Source of the DNA: Azolla caroliniana | Taxonomy: Eukaryota > Plantae > Polypodiophyta | Direction of reading: 5' to 3' | DNA: 64,000 nt | Assembly (NCBI GenBank): GCA_043228905.1 | Contig: JBHGNT010000017.1 | Location: 5,704,001-5,768,000 of the forward strand | Shown here: positions 37,171 through 51,600 of the stretch, piece by piece | Layout: each line of letters starts with the position of its first letter | How positions within the stretch are numbered: position 1 is the first letter of the stretch | The notes under the pieces: generated by a model | Told to the model about the DNA's origin: nothing | Seen by the model: only the letters and a program-made list of their open reading frames with translations | Database searches by the model: none | Translations under genes and position numbers: made by a program

Positions 37171-39829
37171 TGTTTAGCAACTACGAAAGGCAACGGTCAA
37201 TAAAGCATTTTCTGGATCCCTAGGTAAAAGACATTAGATCTCGTCAATCATACATGAGAAAGTTAAAGACGAGAGCGGTTAACCAGTTCCATGTTGTCGT
37301 GATGTGGTGTGGCCAAAGATAGAAAAGTGGAAAAAGGGAAGGTCCACTCACATAACAGAAACATATGTATACAAGGTAAGAAATAAAAGCATAGTGCGTA
37401 CTATACATATTCGTCTGCCCAAACATTTGTTTTCATATGTTGTCTGATGAGTGCATATATTATCCAAACATTCATGTGTGTGTTTTTTACTTTTTTTTTT
37501 GCTTACAGAGGAGTGAAATTGTGAACGTCCTGCACAGGTGCCCATTTTCTACTGCCATCAATTTCTGCACATCAGCGCGATTCCAAGCTCCTCTCCAACC
37601 TAAACGATCTCTTGCGTGGATAGTGTACACTACACATATTCTCTCGCCATCAATTTCTACACATCAACACGACACCAAGCTGTCAAATACGAGGTATAAT
37701 GGACGTATTCACATTGTCCCATCTGGATAGACTAGGTTTAGGACATTTTTGTGATTAGAAAAAAGGGCAATTGCGCTAGTTCAATTACTATATATACTAA
37801 ACTTTTAGTTGTAACCTAGTTGATGAGGTTGTTGTCATTCTTTTGTATTGTAACTTTTGAAAATAATACAGTTGCAATTTGTGCCTTTGTGTGTCTCTCT
37901 CCTTCTCTGTTGTCTCTTGATCTTGTTCTCTATTTTCAATTGTATTGATTGCTCACTCTGTTCTTCTTGTTGATCTTGTCTACACCAACTTGTTGCTCTT
38001 CAACCTATAGTGTTGTTTTGTATTATGCAATGATGGCCTCAGTTTCCAACACAAGCTACCTCCTCTCCCATCCAGGTATGTTTAGGGTTAATAATAGGGT
38101 TTAAAGTTAAAATTTTAAGGATAATATATGGTTTAAATGGCATCTCGGGGCTTCATCCTAGGTATACTAATTTTAAACTTCCAACGATGGTCTAAAACAT
38201 TATTGGATATAATGCATTTGGTCTTGATCCCTAGAAAGGTTTACTTTCTGCGATAAAAAGATCCATGATTCAAAAGAATTCCTATAATGGTTGATGCTCA
38301 AGTGTTCTTTATGTACTATTAAATGATTCAAAAAATTCAAAAAGCTGAATTATAAGCTCAAATTCGATTAGTACATCAAAGAGGTTGAAATTTGATGATG
38401 AGATCATTATGGTTGTAAGAATATCTAATTGAATGCTTAGACATATCTAGTACCATGAACGTGTACATGGTACAACCTCCTTTTATCACAATCTCCAACT
38501 CTAGCCAAGTCCAATGATGGTTTGATGTTAATGTGTGTGTTTTTTCTTCGTATTATTGAGGGAAATTCTTTTCATAACTAATGCATGATAAGGTCAAACC
38601 TCAAAGAGGACATAAAAACATGCTAATGCAAATGATTTCGTTAACATTTAGAACTTCAAAAGTAAATAATGCAAATGATTTCATTAAATTTAACTTATAA
38701 TAATAATGAATCCAAAAGTATGGTATTTACCATACTTCGAGGGTGTTTATCATTCTCGAATGCAAATGCACGTATGGTAATTATAGTTCATACCATGAAT
38801 AAAAGTGAATAGCCTATTGGTAAGAGCTATTCACTAGGTTGAAAGGGGTATAGAGAGGGTTAAGGACGAATAAGCACATTTGATGTCAAAATTAGCTACA
38901 TCTTTTTCTCTATAAAAAGAAGAGAAGGGAGCTTACTTTGGGTCGCCCGTTTTTGGTTTGGGGGTGCACCATAATGATTTTCTTTTCTTCTTCTTCTTCT
39001 CCTCAATCTAGTTGCAGTTTTCGGATTTATTTTTTGTCCCTTTTCCGTCTTCGTCACGAGTAGTTTTCTTAGTTCTTCTCCCTTTAGGGTTTCTTTTCGG
39101 TATTCTTCTTTGGTGGCTTCTTTAACTTTCAAATTGTTTACCTACTTAGGTCTACTTCAGAGGTTGGGTCTTCTTCCCCACAACTGAGAATGCTACGCTT
39201 CGGCGATTTAGAGAGATGGGTTAGGCTAGCCCTCACTCTAGTTGTTGAAGGGAGGACGAAGTGCCACGGGAACACTACACCATCACCCGGGCTCATAACC
39301 AATAGTAGTAGTCGCGGTCCCGACGGAAACTCCATAGCCTCCCTTTCGTTTGTTTCGTTTTCATTTTGTGCTCTAATCATATCACTGTTTTGTAAAATCC
39401 ACCGAAATTGTAGTGCTCTAGCTCTAATCGTTGTAAACCCCAATTTGTAAAAAGATCCCTTGTATATTTTATGCGCACATTTTTCTCTCTCTTATGTACA
39501 TTCCCTTAATCGTGTGTTTCAATCCTAATCGCATGCCAATCATCATTTGACTCGTTGATCCCATCGCGTCTTAGGCCTTCATGTTTAAAGAGCTTTTGAG
39601 TCTGAAGGACCTTCGAGTGTAGGATGCCTTCAACTTTGGGCTCCCTTCAACTCTAGGCTCTCGTCGAGTCTTAGGATCCCTTAGACTCTACGTTCCTTTC
39701 GATTCTCAGGATCCTTCGAATCGAAGACCTATTCACCACACGTTCTCAACCCTTGTGACCTCCCTAGTCCAAGACCCACTATGTTACGGGCATGACCATA
39801 TAATATCCCTGTGGTGAGAATTTACGGGC

Positions 39830-40976
39830 GGAACTCTTAGAACTCTCGGAACTCTCGGAACGCCTTCGTTGCGCTCCGGTGGGTCTTTGCCGATGCCACC
39901 CACTGATTGAAGCCGCGTCGTCCCCGACTCTTCCGCCGTCGCCCATATGCCTGTAGGAGCGCCTCTTCGAAGGCTTCCCACGAACTATGAGCTTCTTGGA
40001 GCTCCTTCACTTCCGAGTGCATACGGACGATGACGACCCGACAGAAGAACTCCAGCCTCAACGCCTCGTCTACGACTCTTTCGACCACCCGCTTGATAGC
40101 TTGTTGCGTCGTCTCTATTCTCGTTGTTGCTCGTTCAAACTCCCTCACCGCTTTGACAAAAAGTTGTGCGAAGTCGCCTTCTTCCAACTCCATTCTCCCT
40201 TGCCACCCTTCACATCGGGTTCACCAAAGATGTCGCGTTAATACGCGTGTGCGTGTAGAAGGGGCGGGACCACAGGGGTCTCGGACGTGGGAGAAAAGGG
40301 ATGCCAAGAAAACCGACACCGGACACGACCCGGATGCAACCGAACATGAGAGAGAGAGAGAGAGAGAAAGGAGAGGGACAGCATGCGCGCGACACCGACA
40401 CTTATGCACAGGAAGCAAAGGGGTTGTGCTCACGACACCACCAAATACACCAATATGCACAGACAGTTATGAGTATGTATATAACAGGGGGAAGAATACA
40501 ACCCCGGCTTCGAGCCGGACCAAGGTAGGGTATGTTACAACGGCAGTTTGCTACCAAGCCGCTGATCGGGGAGCTCTCGGGCCCGTCGCGCTGAGCGGGG
40601 TCTTGCATAGGAGGCCGGGCAGAAGCAAACCCCAAACATACACGAACTCTCAACCCACACAACGACAACTAAGAAGAAGAGGAAGAAGAAGAAAGAAACT
40701 ACCAAGATGAACCCTAGAACGAAACAAGAATAAGAGGAACTGCCTAACCCTAAATCTAACGGTATACCCTCATAACTCAAAATGGGCAACCCCTTCAAAA
40801 GGGAACCCTCCCTTCCTTTTATAGCCCAAGGAGGGAGAGACGTTACAATGTGGGACAAGTACGCCCCCTTTATTCTATACACTATTTTCCTACTATACAT
40901 GTGCACATGCTGCTGCACACCACCCACTTGCCCTTTCCACCCCGATTTCACACCATAGCCGGAAATCTTCACGACA
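39830..40976 (-). mobile_element. 5' end of a Ty3/Gypsy element: 746-bp LTR, tRNA-Trp PBS, gag start
   Basis: LTR 40231-40976 with inverted ends TGTCGTG...CGCGACA. The PBS (+ strand TCACATCGGGTTCACCA, 40210-40226) matches the 3' end of plant tRNA-Trp. gag-like ORF 39837-40193 (SWEAFEEALLQAY). The LTR resembles 56581-57206. Confidence 0.8.
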
Positions 40977-41339
40977 ACGTGATGAAAATGGAATATACTA
41001 CTTAACAAAGAACCAACGGATGGTGAAGCTCAAGTTAAAGATTGTTGTTGGATATTAATGTTATGTAAGTATGAATCTCAAGTTAAAATGTATGGCTTTA
41101 CTAATATGTTGATCTCAAACTCCAATATTTTAGTGTATGGCGCACGGGATTGTGATATCAAAAGGTGACGGTGGTTTATCAACCAAGTGTGAACAAAACC
41201 AGTCGTCTGAATCAACACCAACTAAACGGAGAAGGGAAAATTTTCAAGTTTAACGGAAAGAGGTGAACCATCAATCTTAGATTGTTGCAAATGAAAAGAG
41301 GTGAACGCTTACAAACACATTGTTGCCTTTTTTTTTGTC

Positions 41340-41790
41340 AATTCCACGCTAAGAAAAAATCATGGGTGGACAACTTGTTGCCCAAAGTATGTTGTTGAGA
41401 GAAACCACCTCTATCAACAAATGTGCCAATGCATGCATTGCATTACGGAATCTGCCTTTAATGCTATGTGTGAGGAGTGAAAGGGAGAATATATATGAGG
41501 ATGGTGTGTCTTGACTTGTGTTTGGAGGAATCTATGGCCCAAGTTTAGTAGATTATTCAACTACAGGCATGTTGACACTATCAATATTGTGGAGAGACAT
41601 TGGCAGTTTATCAAGTACACTACCTTGAGTCGAAGAATAAAGCGATCTATTTTCGATCTTGTGCATATCTTAATTGGGGACAATGAAACCGGCACTTGCA
41701 TTGGAGGGAGCAATATAGAATGGTATGTGCACCGACAAGAAATATGTGGAAGTGGTAGATTTGTGCCCCGTGCAAATTGTAGGGATTAAA
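41340..41790 (+). pseudogene. Mutator (MULE)-like transposase remnant
   Basis: W...RLFNYRHVDTINIVERHWQFIKYTTL..RIKRSIFDLVHIL resembles the T-N-x-x-E catalytic segment of MULE transposases; stops upstream. Confidence 0.5.
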
Positions 41791-44700
41791 GGTCAAAAAC
41801 TTAAAGAGGAGACTAAGGTAGAACAAGTTGTGGAGATAGATCACTTACCATTTGACATGGAATCATGGAAGCCTCAAATGGCTCAAGCAAGGGTTAGGAT
41901 TTTTTGACAAGGTTGCTATTGAGGATTGTATGCAAACATTGGTGGCTTTATCGCAAAAGGTGTATGATTTAGGTGAACCGAAATCAACCAATGAGGTAGG
42001 CACAAGATCCATAAGTCCAAAGCAAAAAATTGCTGCAAAAACACCGTGATGGTTGACATTTCACTTGAGAACTTATTGGCAACTCCCCAAAAACTTCCAA
42101 ATCCACACCTGGAAGACTAGGGAAGACTAGGAGGCAGTTGCAAAAACACTGTGATGGTTGACATTTCACTTGTGTGGTGCAAGTTGGGCTAGGAGGCAGT
42201 TGCCAATATGTGAGACCGGGAAGGTTTGGTGTTTGAGTTGTGATGGCTTCACCTTGACTTCAAGGGAATCGAAAGTTGATTTCAGCAAAAATTGTGGTTG
42301 CATTTTGCCATTATCCCCACATGAGCATTTGTGGTTGCATTTGTATGGATTTAGTTTTCATTTCTAGGTTTTTTGTTGAGAATCAAGCTCAACTTGGTCT
42401 AGTGTGTGAACTCACCTTGAGAGTGAATAGACACTCCAGCGGTCAAGAGTCACCATTATGTCACCTCTTTGTATTCTAGCATTTAGTATGAGTCATAGAA
42501 TCATATTCTATGACACATAACTTATGAGCTTTCACATTCCCCATGCTCCATGAGTCTTGTAGTTAATGAAGAGAGAGGGTGACTATATAAAGCACCCTCC
42601 TCCCACCTTGTATTGTGTTGAGTCTTTCTCCTTTGTTAATACAATCTACCTTGCGTATACTCTGTGTCTTACTCCTTATCTCTCTCACTCTCTCTTACTC
42701 TCTCTCTATCTCATACACACACACACACATAGTTCACACCTATTCCGCTACACAAGAATCATACCCGATTCTTTACATGGTATCAGAGCGATTTGGTAGC
42801 TCGATCTAGCCCATTCGCCTCATCGTGATCGTGTGTTGTGCTCTACGCCGATGACCAAGAACCGGCTCATCGCTATCGTAGCTTTGCTACATAGCTCGCA
42901 TTCGAAGAGAGAAGAAGAAGAAGAAGAAGAAGAAGAATCGACATAATGAATACTCAAATGGGGAGCGCTCTCCCTACCAAGAAGTTGGATCGAAACAACT
43001 TCGCATCTTGGGAGTATAAGATGCACCAATACCTTGTCGGACCGACATGGGAGCACTAAGACCGACATGTCGCGTATCCGTCAAAGGAGAGCACTAAGAC
43101 CGACATGGGAGCAAGCCGCAAGCCGCGTGATGTATTGCTTGGCGACATGTGTTCACGATTACATGCTCGGCTACATTCGCGAAGCCAAGATGCCGAAGGA
43201 CGCATGGGAAAATCTACGAAAGATTTTCGCGGCGAACACAACCGCAAGAAGGCTTCAACTCCGCCAAGAGTTGAACAACATTCAACAAAGGGACATGTCC
43301 ATCATGACATACACCTTGAAGATCAAGGAGCTTTGCGACTTGCTCGGCTCGATTAGCGTAAGTATCGATGATAATGAGATGGTGCAAATATGCCTTGGTG
43401 GCCTCACACCACGGTTTGACGCGATGCGAACATCCGTTCTAGCAAGGGAGAAATCTCCCTCCTTCTTCGAGCTCCAATCAATGTTATTGGTCGAAGAAAA
43501 CCACGTGCGTACAAGGAGCAATGAGTCGGAAGGCCACATGCTCTACATGCACTCGAATGGAGGAAGAAGACGCGAACGAGCGAGAGGCCAATTCGGCCAA
43601 GGACAAGGCGGACGAGGTCCGACCTACGACAACAACTCCCAATTTCGGCCGCAAAACGGAAGCCAACAAGGAACCTTCGCAAGAAGGGGGAGTGGAACAC
43701 TCCGGCCCGAGCCGTCAAAACGCAACCGAATGTGGATATTGCGGAAAGCTCGGCCACCATGAAGAAGAGAGCCAAAAGAAGATGCGTGAATCGGCCTCCA
43801 CACGCCGACAACTCACGAATTACGCGCATAATTCCGACTACGAAGAGTATAGTGGAATGAATGGGCACAACTCTGACTACGAAGATTGTGGTGGAATTTA
43901 TGCACACAACTCCGACCGTGGCGGAATGTTCATGATGAAACATAGAGCAAACTCTATGTCGGCCTCTACCTCAACTAGTGCCCTCAATCCGGAGGACGTA
44001 TGGTCTTGTTGACTCCGGAGCCTCAAACCATATGACATCTCATAAAGAATGGTTTCTCGAACTACGAGAGCTGGAGCGACCCGGTTATGTCAAAACCGGA
44101 TATGACACTACGCACCCGATTCGGCACATCGGCAATGTTCTGTTCGGCGAAAGAGGTAAGCAAACATACATTAAAAATGTCTTGCATGTTCCCACCATCA
44201 CGAAGAATTTGGTCTCGGTCGACCAAATGGTTGAGCAAGGGATGCAACTACGATTCGACCAAGAAGGGTTCTTCATCGAAAAAGAGGGCTGAATCATCGC
44301 GCGCGGAAGAAGAGAGGGCCGGATGTTCATTCTCGATTCACACGAGATGAAATCCGCCATGTTTGCAAAAAGCACGAAAGCCGACTCCGACATAGAGCTA
44401 TGGCACAAGCGAATCGGCCACATCAATCTCAACAAACTCAAAGCAATGAAATCGAAAGGAATCGTCATCGGACTCCCGACATTCAAAGAGAAGGAGATTG
44501 AAGGTGTATGCGAAGCGTGCCAATTCGGCAAGCAACACCGACACCCATTCCCGAAAGAACGGAATGTGAGCAAAGGTCTACTCGACGTAATTCATTCCGA
44601 TGTATGGGGTCCGGCTCAAATAGCGACATTCGGCGGATGCCGATATTACGTGCTCTTCATCGACGACTTCTCTAGGCACATTTGGATCTACCCGATGTGG

Positions 44701-46100
44701 CAAAAGAGTGAAGTGTTCAGACACTTCCAAAAATTCAAGAATGAAGTCGAGAAAGCACGGGCCGACATGTACGGTGCCTTCGATCGGATGGTAGCAAGGA
44801 GTACTTCTCGGACGATTTCACGGCGTATCTCCAAAAGGAAGGAATTCGGCGAGAATTCACTTGCCGACACACTCTGCAACAAAACGGAGTAGCCGAGCGC
44901 AAAAATCGGCACATCCTCGAAGTGGCGCAGGCCATGATGAATGAGAAGCATATGCCCAAGTCATATTGGGTCGAAGCTGTTAATACGACCGTCTACCTAA
45001 TGAACCAGTGCACAACATCCGGAGTGCACAAGGTCACTCCGCACGAAAAATACTTCGGAAAGAAGCCGGATTTATCGCACACCCGGATATTCGGCGCAAT
45101 CGCGTACGTGCACATCCCCGACAAGAAGCGTCAAAAGCTTGACCCGAAGTCGGAGAAATGTATCCTCGTAGGATATTCACTGGAGCAAAAGGGGTACAAG
45201 TGCTACAACCCCTCAACTCGAAAATCTCGAATAAGCCGTCTTTTTTGACGAGTCCGCATCCTAGTATACACCAGAGACAACTCCGACTCCGCTCGACCCG
45301 GAATCCGCCGAACAAGAGATAGAGGATGAAGATCGCGTTACACGCTTGTTCGAAGAAAGTCCGATCACAACCCAACTGAGCGGACCACAAGAGCCTTTGA
45401 GCGATCAAAGCACATCACGACTTAGCCCGAAGATGGACAAAGGCAAGGCGAAAATGTCGGAATATGAAGACGATCGCTTCGACGACGATGAGTTGACTCA
45501 CTCACTCAACAATGAGTTCGGTGGCTTCGATGTACCAATTGGAGCTAAGAAAGCCCTCATCTCTGCAAATGAAAAGCTCTGTCGCTCCACCCGTGAAAAA
45601 AATCTGGTCAGCTGATTCGGCTACAACGACTACATGGCATATCACTATGCCTTTATGATGAAGGTGGCAACAGTACGCGAGCTGGAAACACTCTCTGAAG
45701 CAGCCAAGGATCTGCGATGGATCGAAGCCATGAATGAGGAGATGCAGGCACTACGCAAGAATGAGACATGGGATCTCGTTCCCACCTCACCACACAAAAA
45801 GGCGATCGGATGTAGATGGATCTACAAAGTGAAGTACAACGCCGACGGCCCAGGGACTTCACTATCAAAACTTGTATGATAGCACGTGAGTTCATCAAAA
45901 GGGGTTTTAATTAATTAGTGAGATACAGAATATATATACATAAGGGTATTAATAAAGATTTGAAAATATTTTTACATAAGGGTATTATCAATTATGCTGA
46001 AAAAAAAATTACGTAAGCCCATGAAATATTAGATATTTCAATGAGATAGTAAAGAATATATTATGCAAAGAATACTCAAATTTGAAGTGGCATACATACA

Positions 46101-46132
<32 letters not shown>

Positions 46133-46897
46133 CATGCATGCATCCATATATACCTACATTCAAACATTACATCCATGAATATGTATATACATACATACAT
46201 TACACCCATTTATACATGCATGCTGACTAAACATAAATATATATTACCATATGTAAATATGTACATACACATACATACATGCATTACATACTACATACAT
46301 ATTAAAATTGGCCATATATATTGACATACATATATAGATAATACATACATAAAAATTACATATTACATTTATACATACACTTCCTTACAAACATATTTTA
46401 TATATTACCATATGTAAATATGTACATACACATACATACATGCATTACATACTACATACATATTAAAATTGGCCATATATATTGACATACATATATAGAT
46501 AATACATACATAAAAATTACATATTACATTTATACATACACTTCCTTACAAACATATTTTATATATTACCATATGTAAATATGTACATACACATACATAC
46601 ATGCATTACATACTACATACATATTAAAATTGGCCATATATATTGACATACATATATAGATAATACATACATACATAAAAATTACATATTACATTTATAC
46701 ATACACTTCCTTACAAACATATTTTATATATTACATATGTACAAATATATATTACCATATGTAAATATGTACATACACATACATGCATGCATTACATACT
46801 ACATACATATTAGAATTGGCCATATATATTGACATACATACATAAAAATTACATATTACATTTATACACACACTTCCTTACAAACATATTTTATATA

Positions 46898-47082
46898 GGG
46901 AAAAGTACCAAGATACCCCTGGAAGTTTGTCTATTTACCAGAATGCCCCTGGAAGTTTCAAATTTACCAAACTACCCCTAAAGTGTATTTTTTTGGACAT
47001 AGGGGTAGTTTGGTAAATTTGAAACTTCCAGGGGCATTCTGGTAAATAGACAAACTTCCAGGGGTATCCTAGTACTTTTCCC
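46898..47082. mobile_element. Mutator-type MITE (185-bp hairpin) with 9-bp TSD
   Basis: ~83-bp TIRs beginning GGGAAAAGTAC with 2 mismatches. TSD TTTTATATA at 46889-46897 and 47083-47091. Confidence 0.9.
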
Positions 47083-47118
47083 TTTTATATATTACATATT
47101 ACACACATTTATTATTAT

Positions 47119-47571
47119 TATTTTTTCCAAAAAAACACTACTTCGCATTAGTTAGCAAACAAAATTACATCATAGAACACCCAAAGTTCTTCTCACCAGC
47201 CCTCACTCTGGCCTTCCCACCAAAGTGGACATAGTCCCCACCTCATTTTCAACAAACGTATCCAAACAACTCCAATAACCTAATAATTTGTACCATATCT
47301 ATACAGATTTACAGCACCTAGACGTTGTTGGAAACCGGAAACAGCCATCGGGGTGCTTGGTAGTTCGTTCCATTGAGGCCAGTACTGATGAGGATCTGCC
47401 CACCATAGGAGAATTACCCCATTTCAGCAAGAACTTTGATCGAGATCTTTCAGCTGCATCAGATTCCCCCTTGATTGAGTCGTATCGTCCCCGCAGCCAA
47501 GATACCAACTCAAACCAGATATTTAATAATACCTCACCGCTAGGGATCTTTTGTTGTTGAAAAACAAATTA
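47119..47571 (-). mobile_element. 5'-truncated L1-like LINE 3' end
   Basis: ORF2-C-terminus-like frame (IWFELVSWLRGRYDSIKGESD..RSKFLLKW), A-rich tail, flanked by a 19-bp duplication TACACACATTTATTATTAT (47100-47118 / 47572-47590). Confidence 0.6.
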
Positions 47572-47647
47572 TACACACATTTATTATTATACACACAATT
47601 ATATACAAATGCAAATATACAAACCAAACACAAAAAAAATAAAATTC

Positions 47648-47698
<51 letters not shown>

Positions 47699-48555
47699 CA
47701 CATACATACACATACACACATTCCATACATACAATACAATACAATATGTACATACATACACACACAAACATAACACACATCACACATGCATATCATATAC
47801 ATGCATATATACCTACATCCATGAATATGTATATACATACATTACACTCATTTATACATACATATTAACTAAACATAAATATATGTACAAATATATATTA
47901 CCATATGTAAATATGTACATAATACATACAATAAAATTACATATTACATACATATATACATACACAAATGCATATATACATACAAAACACACAAAAATAA
48001 ATTACATATTATATATATGTATACACATACACATACATATTAACACCTAAAGGCTAAGATTACATACTATATATATACAAATCTTCATACTTACAAACAA
48101 GTTACATATATTACATATATATACACGTGCACGCACATAAATAAATTAGATATTACATAGCATATATTACACAATATTCAAATTTACACATACATAAATT
48201 ACATATATACATATATAGATACATACATAGATATACATATTACATATGTACATACATATTCCACATATCACCATATATATATGTATAGATTATACTGGAC
48301 CATACAAACCACAATACTTATATATATACATACTACACACACACACACACACACACATTAGATATGTATATGTATACTTACACATAAATAAATTAGATAT
48401 TACATAGCACATAATCCATACCTATTACACAATATACAAATTTACACATGCATAAATTACATATATACATACATAGATATATTACATATGTACATACATA
48501 TTCTACATATCACCATATGTATAGATCATACTAGACCATACAAACCACAATACTT

Positions 48556-48586
<31 letters not shown>

Positions 48587-50023
48587 TTAGATATATGTAT
48601 ACTTACACATACATTGGATATATACATGCATATTACGTACATATTACAAACATACATCCATATACGAGCCATATACATATGTACTAAACATGAAAATATC
48701 CCAAAAATATAGATACACAAATACATTACATATATACACGTACATACATTCATACATTTACATATATATGACCACATACACACACATACATACATACATT
48801 AGATATATATGCACATATTACAAACATATTCATACTCATTAAATCATGTATATCTACATATACATATATGCATACACATACATACATTACATATGTACAT
48901 ACATATTCCACATATCACCATATATATATGTACATATGCCTACAATGTTAAAAGTTTTACAAACATACATCCATACACATATATACATACATTACATGCA
49001 TGCATACACATAAATATGTTACATACACATACATACATACATTTCATCACAGACTACAATACATACATGTATACTTACACATACATAAATATTATGAACA
49101 CACTCATGTATGCATAGTACACTATTACACATACAAACATACATGCATTGCATATTACATATATATACATATGTACATGCATACATGTACATTCATGTGT
49201 GTACATACATACATTGCATATGCATATATTACAATCACATTCATGTACATTGAATCATGTACATTGTCATATATATGCATACACGTATGTACATTCATAC
49301 ATGGACATACCTATATTCATTCATATATTGCTACAGTCTACATATACATAAATTAGATATATACATAAATATTACAATCACACATCCATACACATTGAAT
49401 CATGTACATTGTCATATGGATATATGCATACACATACATACATTAGATATGGATATATGCATACACATATGTACATTCGTATATGGACATACATATCTTC
49501 ATTTATACATTGCTACACATACATACACATATATACATTAGATATCTACATAGATATTATGCATATATTACAATCACACATCAATACACATTGAATCATG
49601 TACATTTGCATATGCATATATGCATACACATACATACATGACATATGCATATATGCATACACATATATACATTCGTACATGGACATACATATAGTCTTTT
49701 ATACATTGCTACATGTACATACACATACATACATACATGCATACATACATATATTAGATATACACACACATACGTATATATATATATACACCTACATATA
49801 GTCTTCTATACATACACATACATTACATATGGATATATGCAAACACATATGTACATTCGTACATGGACATACATATATTCATTTATACATTGCTACATAT
49901 ACATACACATATATATACATAGATATTATGCACATATTACAATCACACATCTATACACATTGAATCATGTACATTTGCATATGCATATATGCATACACAT
50001 ACATACATATTACAAACAAATAT

Positions 50024-50056
<33 letters not shown>

Positions 50057-51152
50057 TATACATACATTACATATTACATATGTACATTCATTCATTCATG
50101 TTTATTCATTGAAGCATACATATTTTATGCATACATTACATATACATATATATATATATATATTCATTCATTCATGCATGCATGCATACATTATGTGCAC
50201 ATACATACATAACATACATTCATACTAAACATACATTCAAACATTCATGTTTTTTTATTTAGATATTTGCCGCCTCCTCCTTTGCTCCCTCCTCTTCTCT
50301 GCTCATTTCTGCGATTGCTTCTTCTCCCCTTCTTTTTGTCCTCGTTTTGCCGCTGCCTCTGTTCTCATTTTGCCGCCACCGCTCGCCTTGTCGTGCCGCT
50401 TTTGCTCACCATTATTCTCTGTTGGGGTTGCCACAACTATTCTACAAATATTTTACAGGTACACATAAGTACAAACATAAACCAACACATAAATTCTTAG
50501 CCACACACACACGTACATACATACATACATACATACATACATACATAAACACACACACACACACACGGGCCATACATACAATAAACGAAATTAATACATT
50601 ACAGTACAATATGTACATATATACACACATACCTATGTACACATACTTACACATTTACACATATAACACATACATACAATACAATATGTACACACATACA
50701 TACATACACATGGAATACAAACAATACATACATAAACACACACACATGTGTAGAATATACATACACACATGTACACACATACCTATATACACATATATAC
50801 ACTTACATACATACACATTTACACATATAACACATACATACAATACAATATGTGCACACACACATACATAAACACACACACACACACACACGTGTAGAAT
50901 ATACATACACATATGGACACATATATATGTTGTATGGAACATACATACACACACACAAACATAACACACAACACACACATGAAATACATACAATAAATGC
51001 AATACAATATGTACATAATACACACATACCTATACACACATGCATACAATCCATACAATACCTATATACACATATAATGCACACATACATACATAAACCA
51101 ACACATAAATTCTTAGCCACACACACACACGTACATACATACATACATACAT

Positions 51153-51222
<70 letters not shown>

Positions 51223-51559
51223 GCCATACATACAATAAACAAAATTAATACATTACAATACAATATGTACATATATACACACATACCTATATACACATAC
51301 ATACACATTTACACATATAACACATACATACAATACAATATGCACACACATACATACATACACATGGAATACAAACAATACATACATAAACACACACACA
51401 CACACACGTGTAGAATATACATACACACATGTACACACATATATGTTGTATGGAACATACATACACACATACCTATATACACATATATACACTTACATAC
51501 ATACACATTTACACATATAACACATACATACAATACAATATGTGCACACATACATACAT

Positions 51560-51600
<41 letters not shown>

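Noticed and set aside
38880-39830. LTR/UTR-like segment with a TATA box and 18-bp-like repeats
   Set aside because: No confident termini, TSD or partner LTR in the window.
40030-41008. ORFs of 226 aa (+) and 157 aa (-)
   Set aside because: They overlap an LTR or are antisense to gag; GC-rich chance frames.
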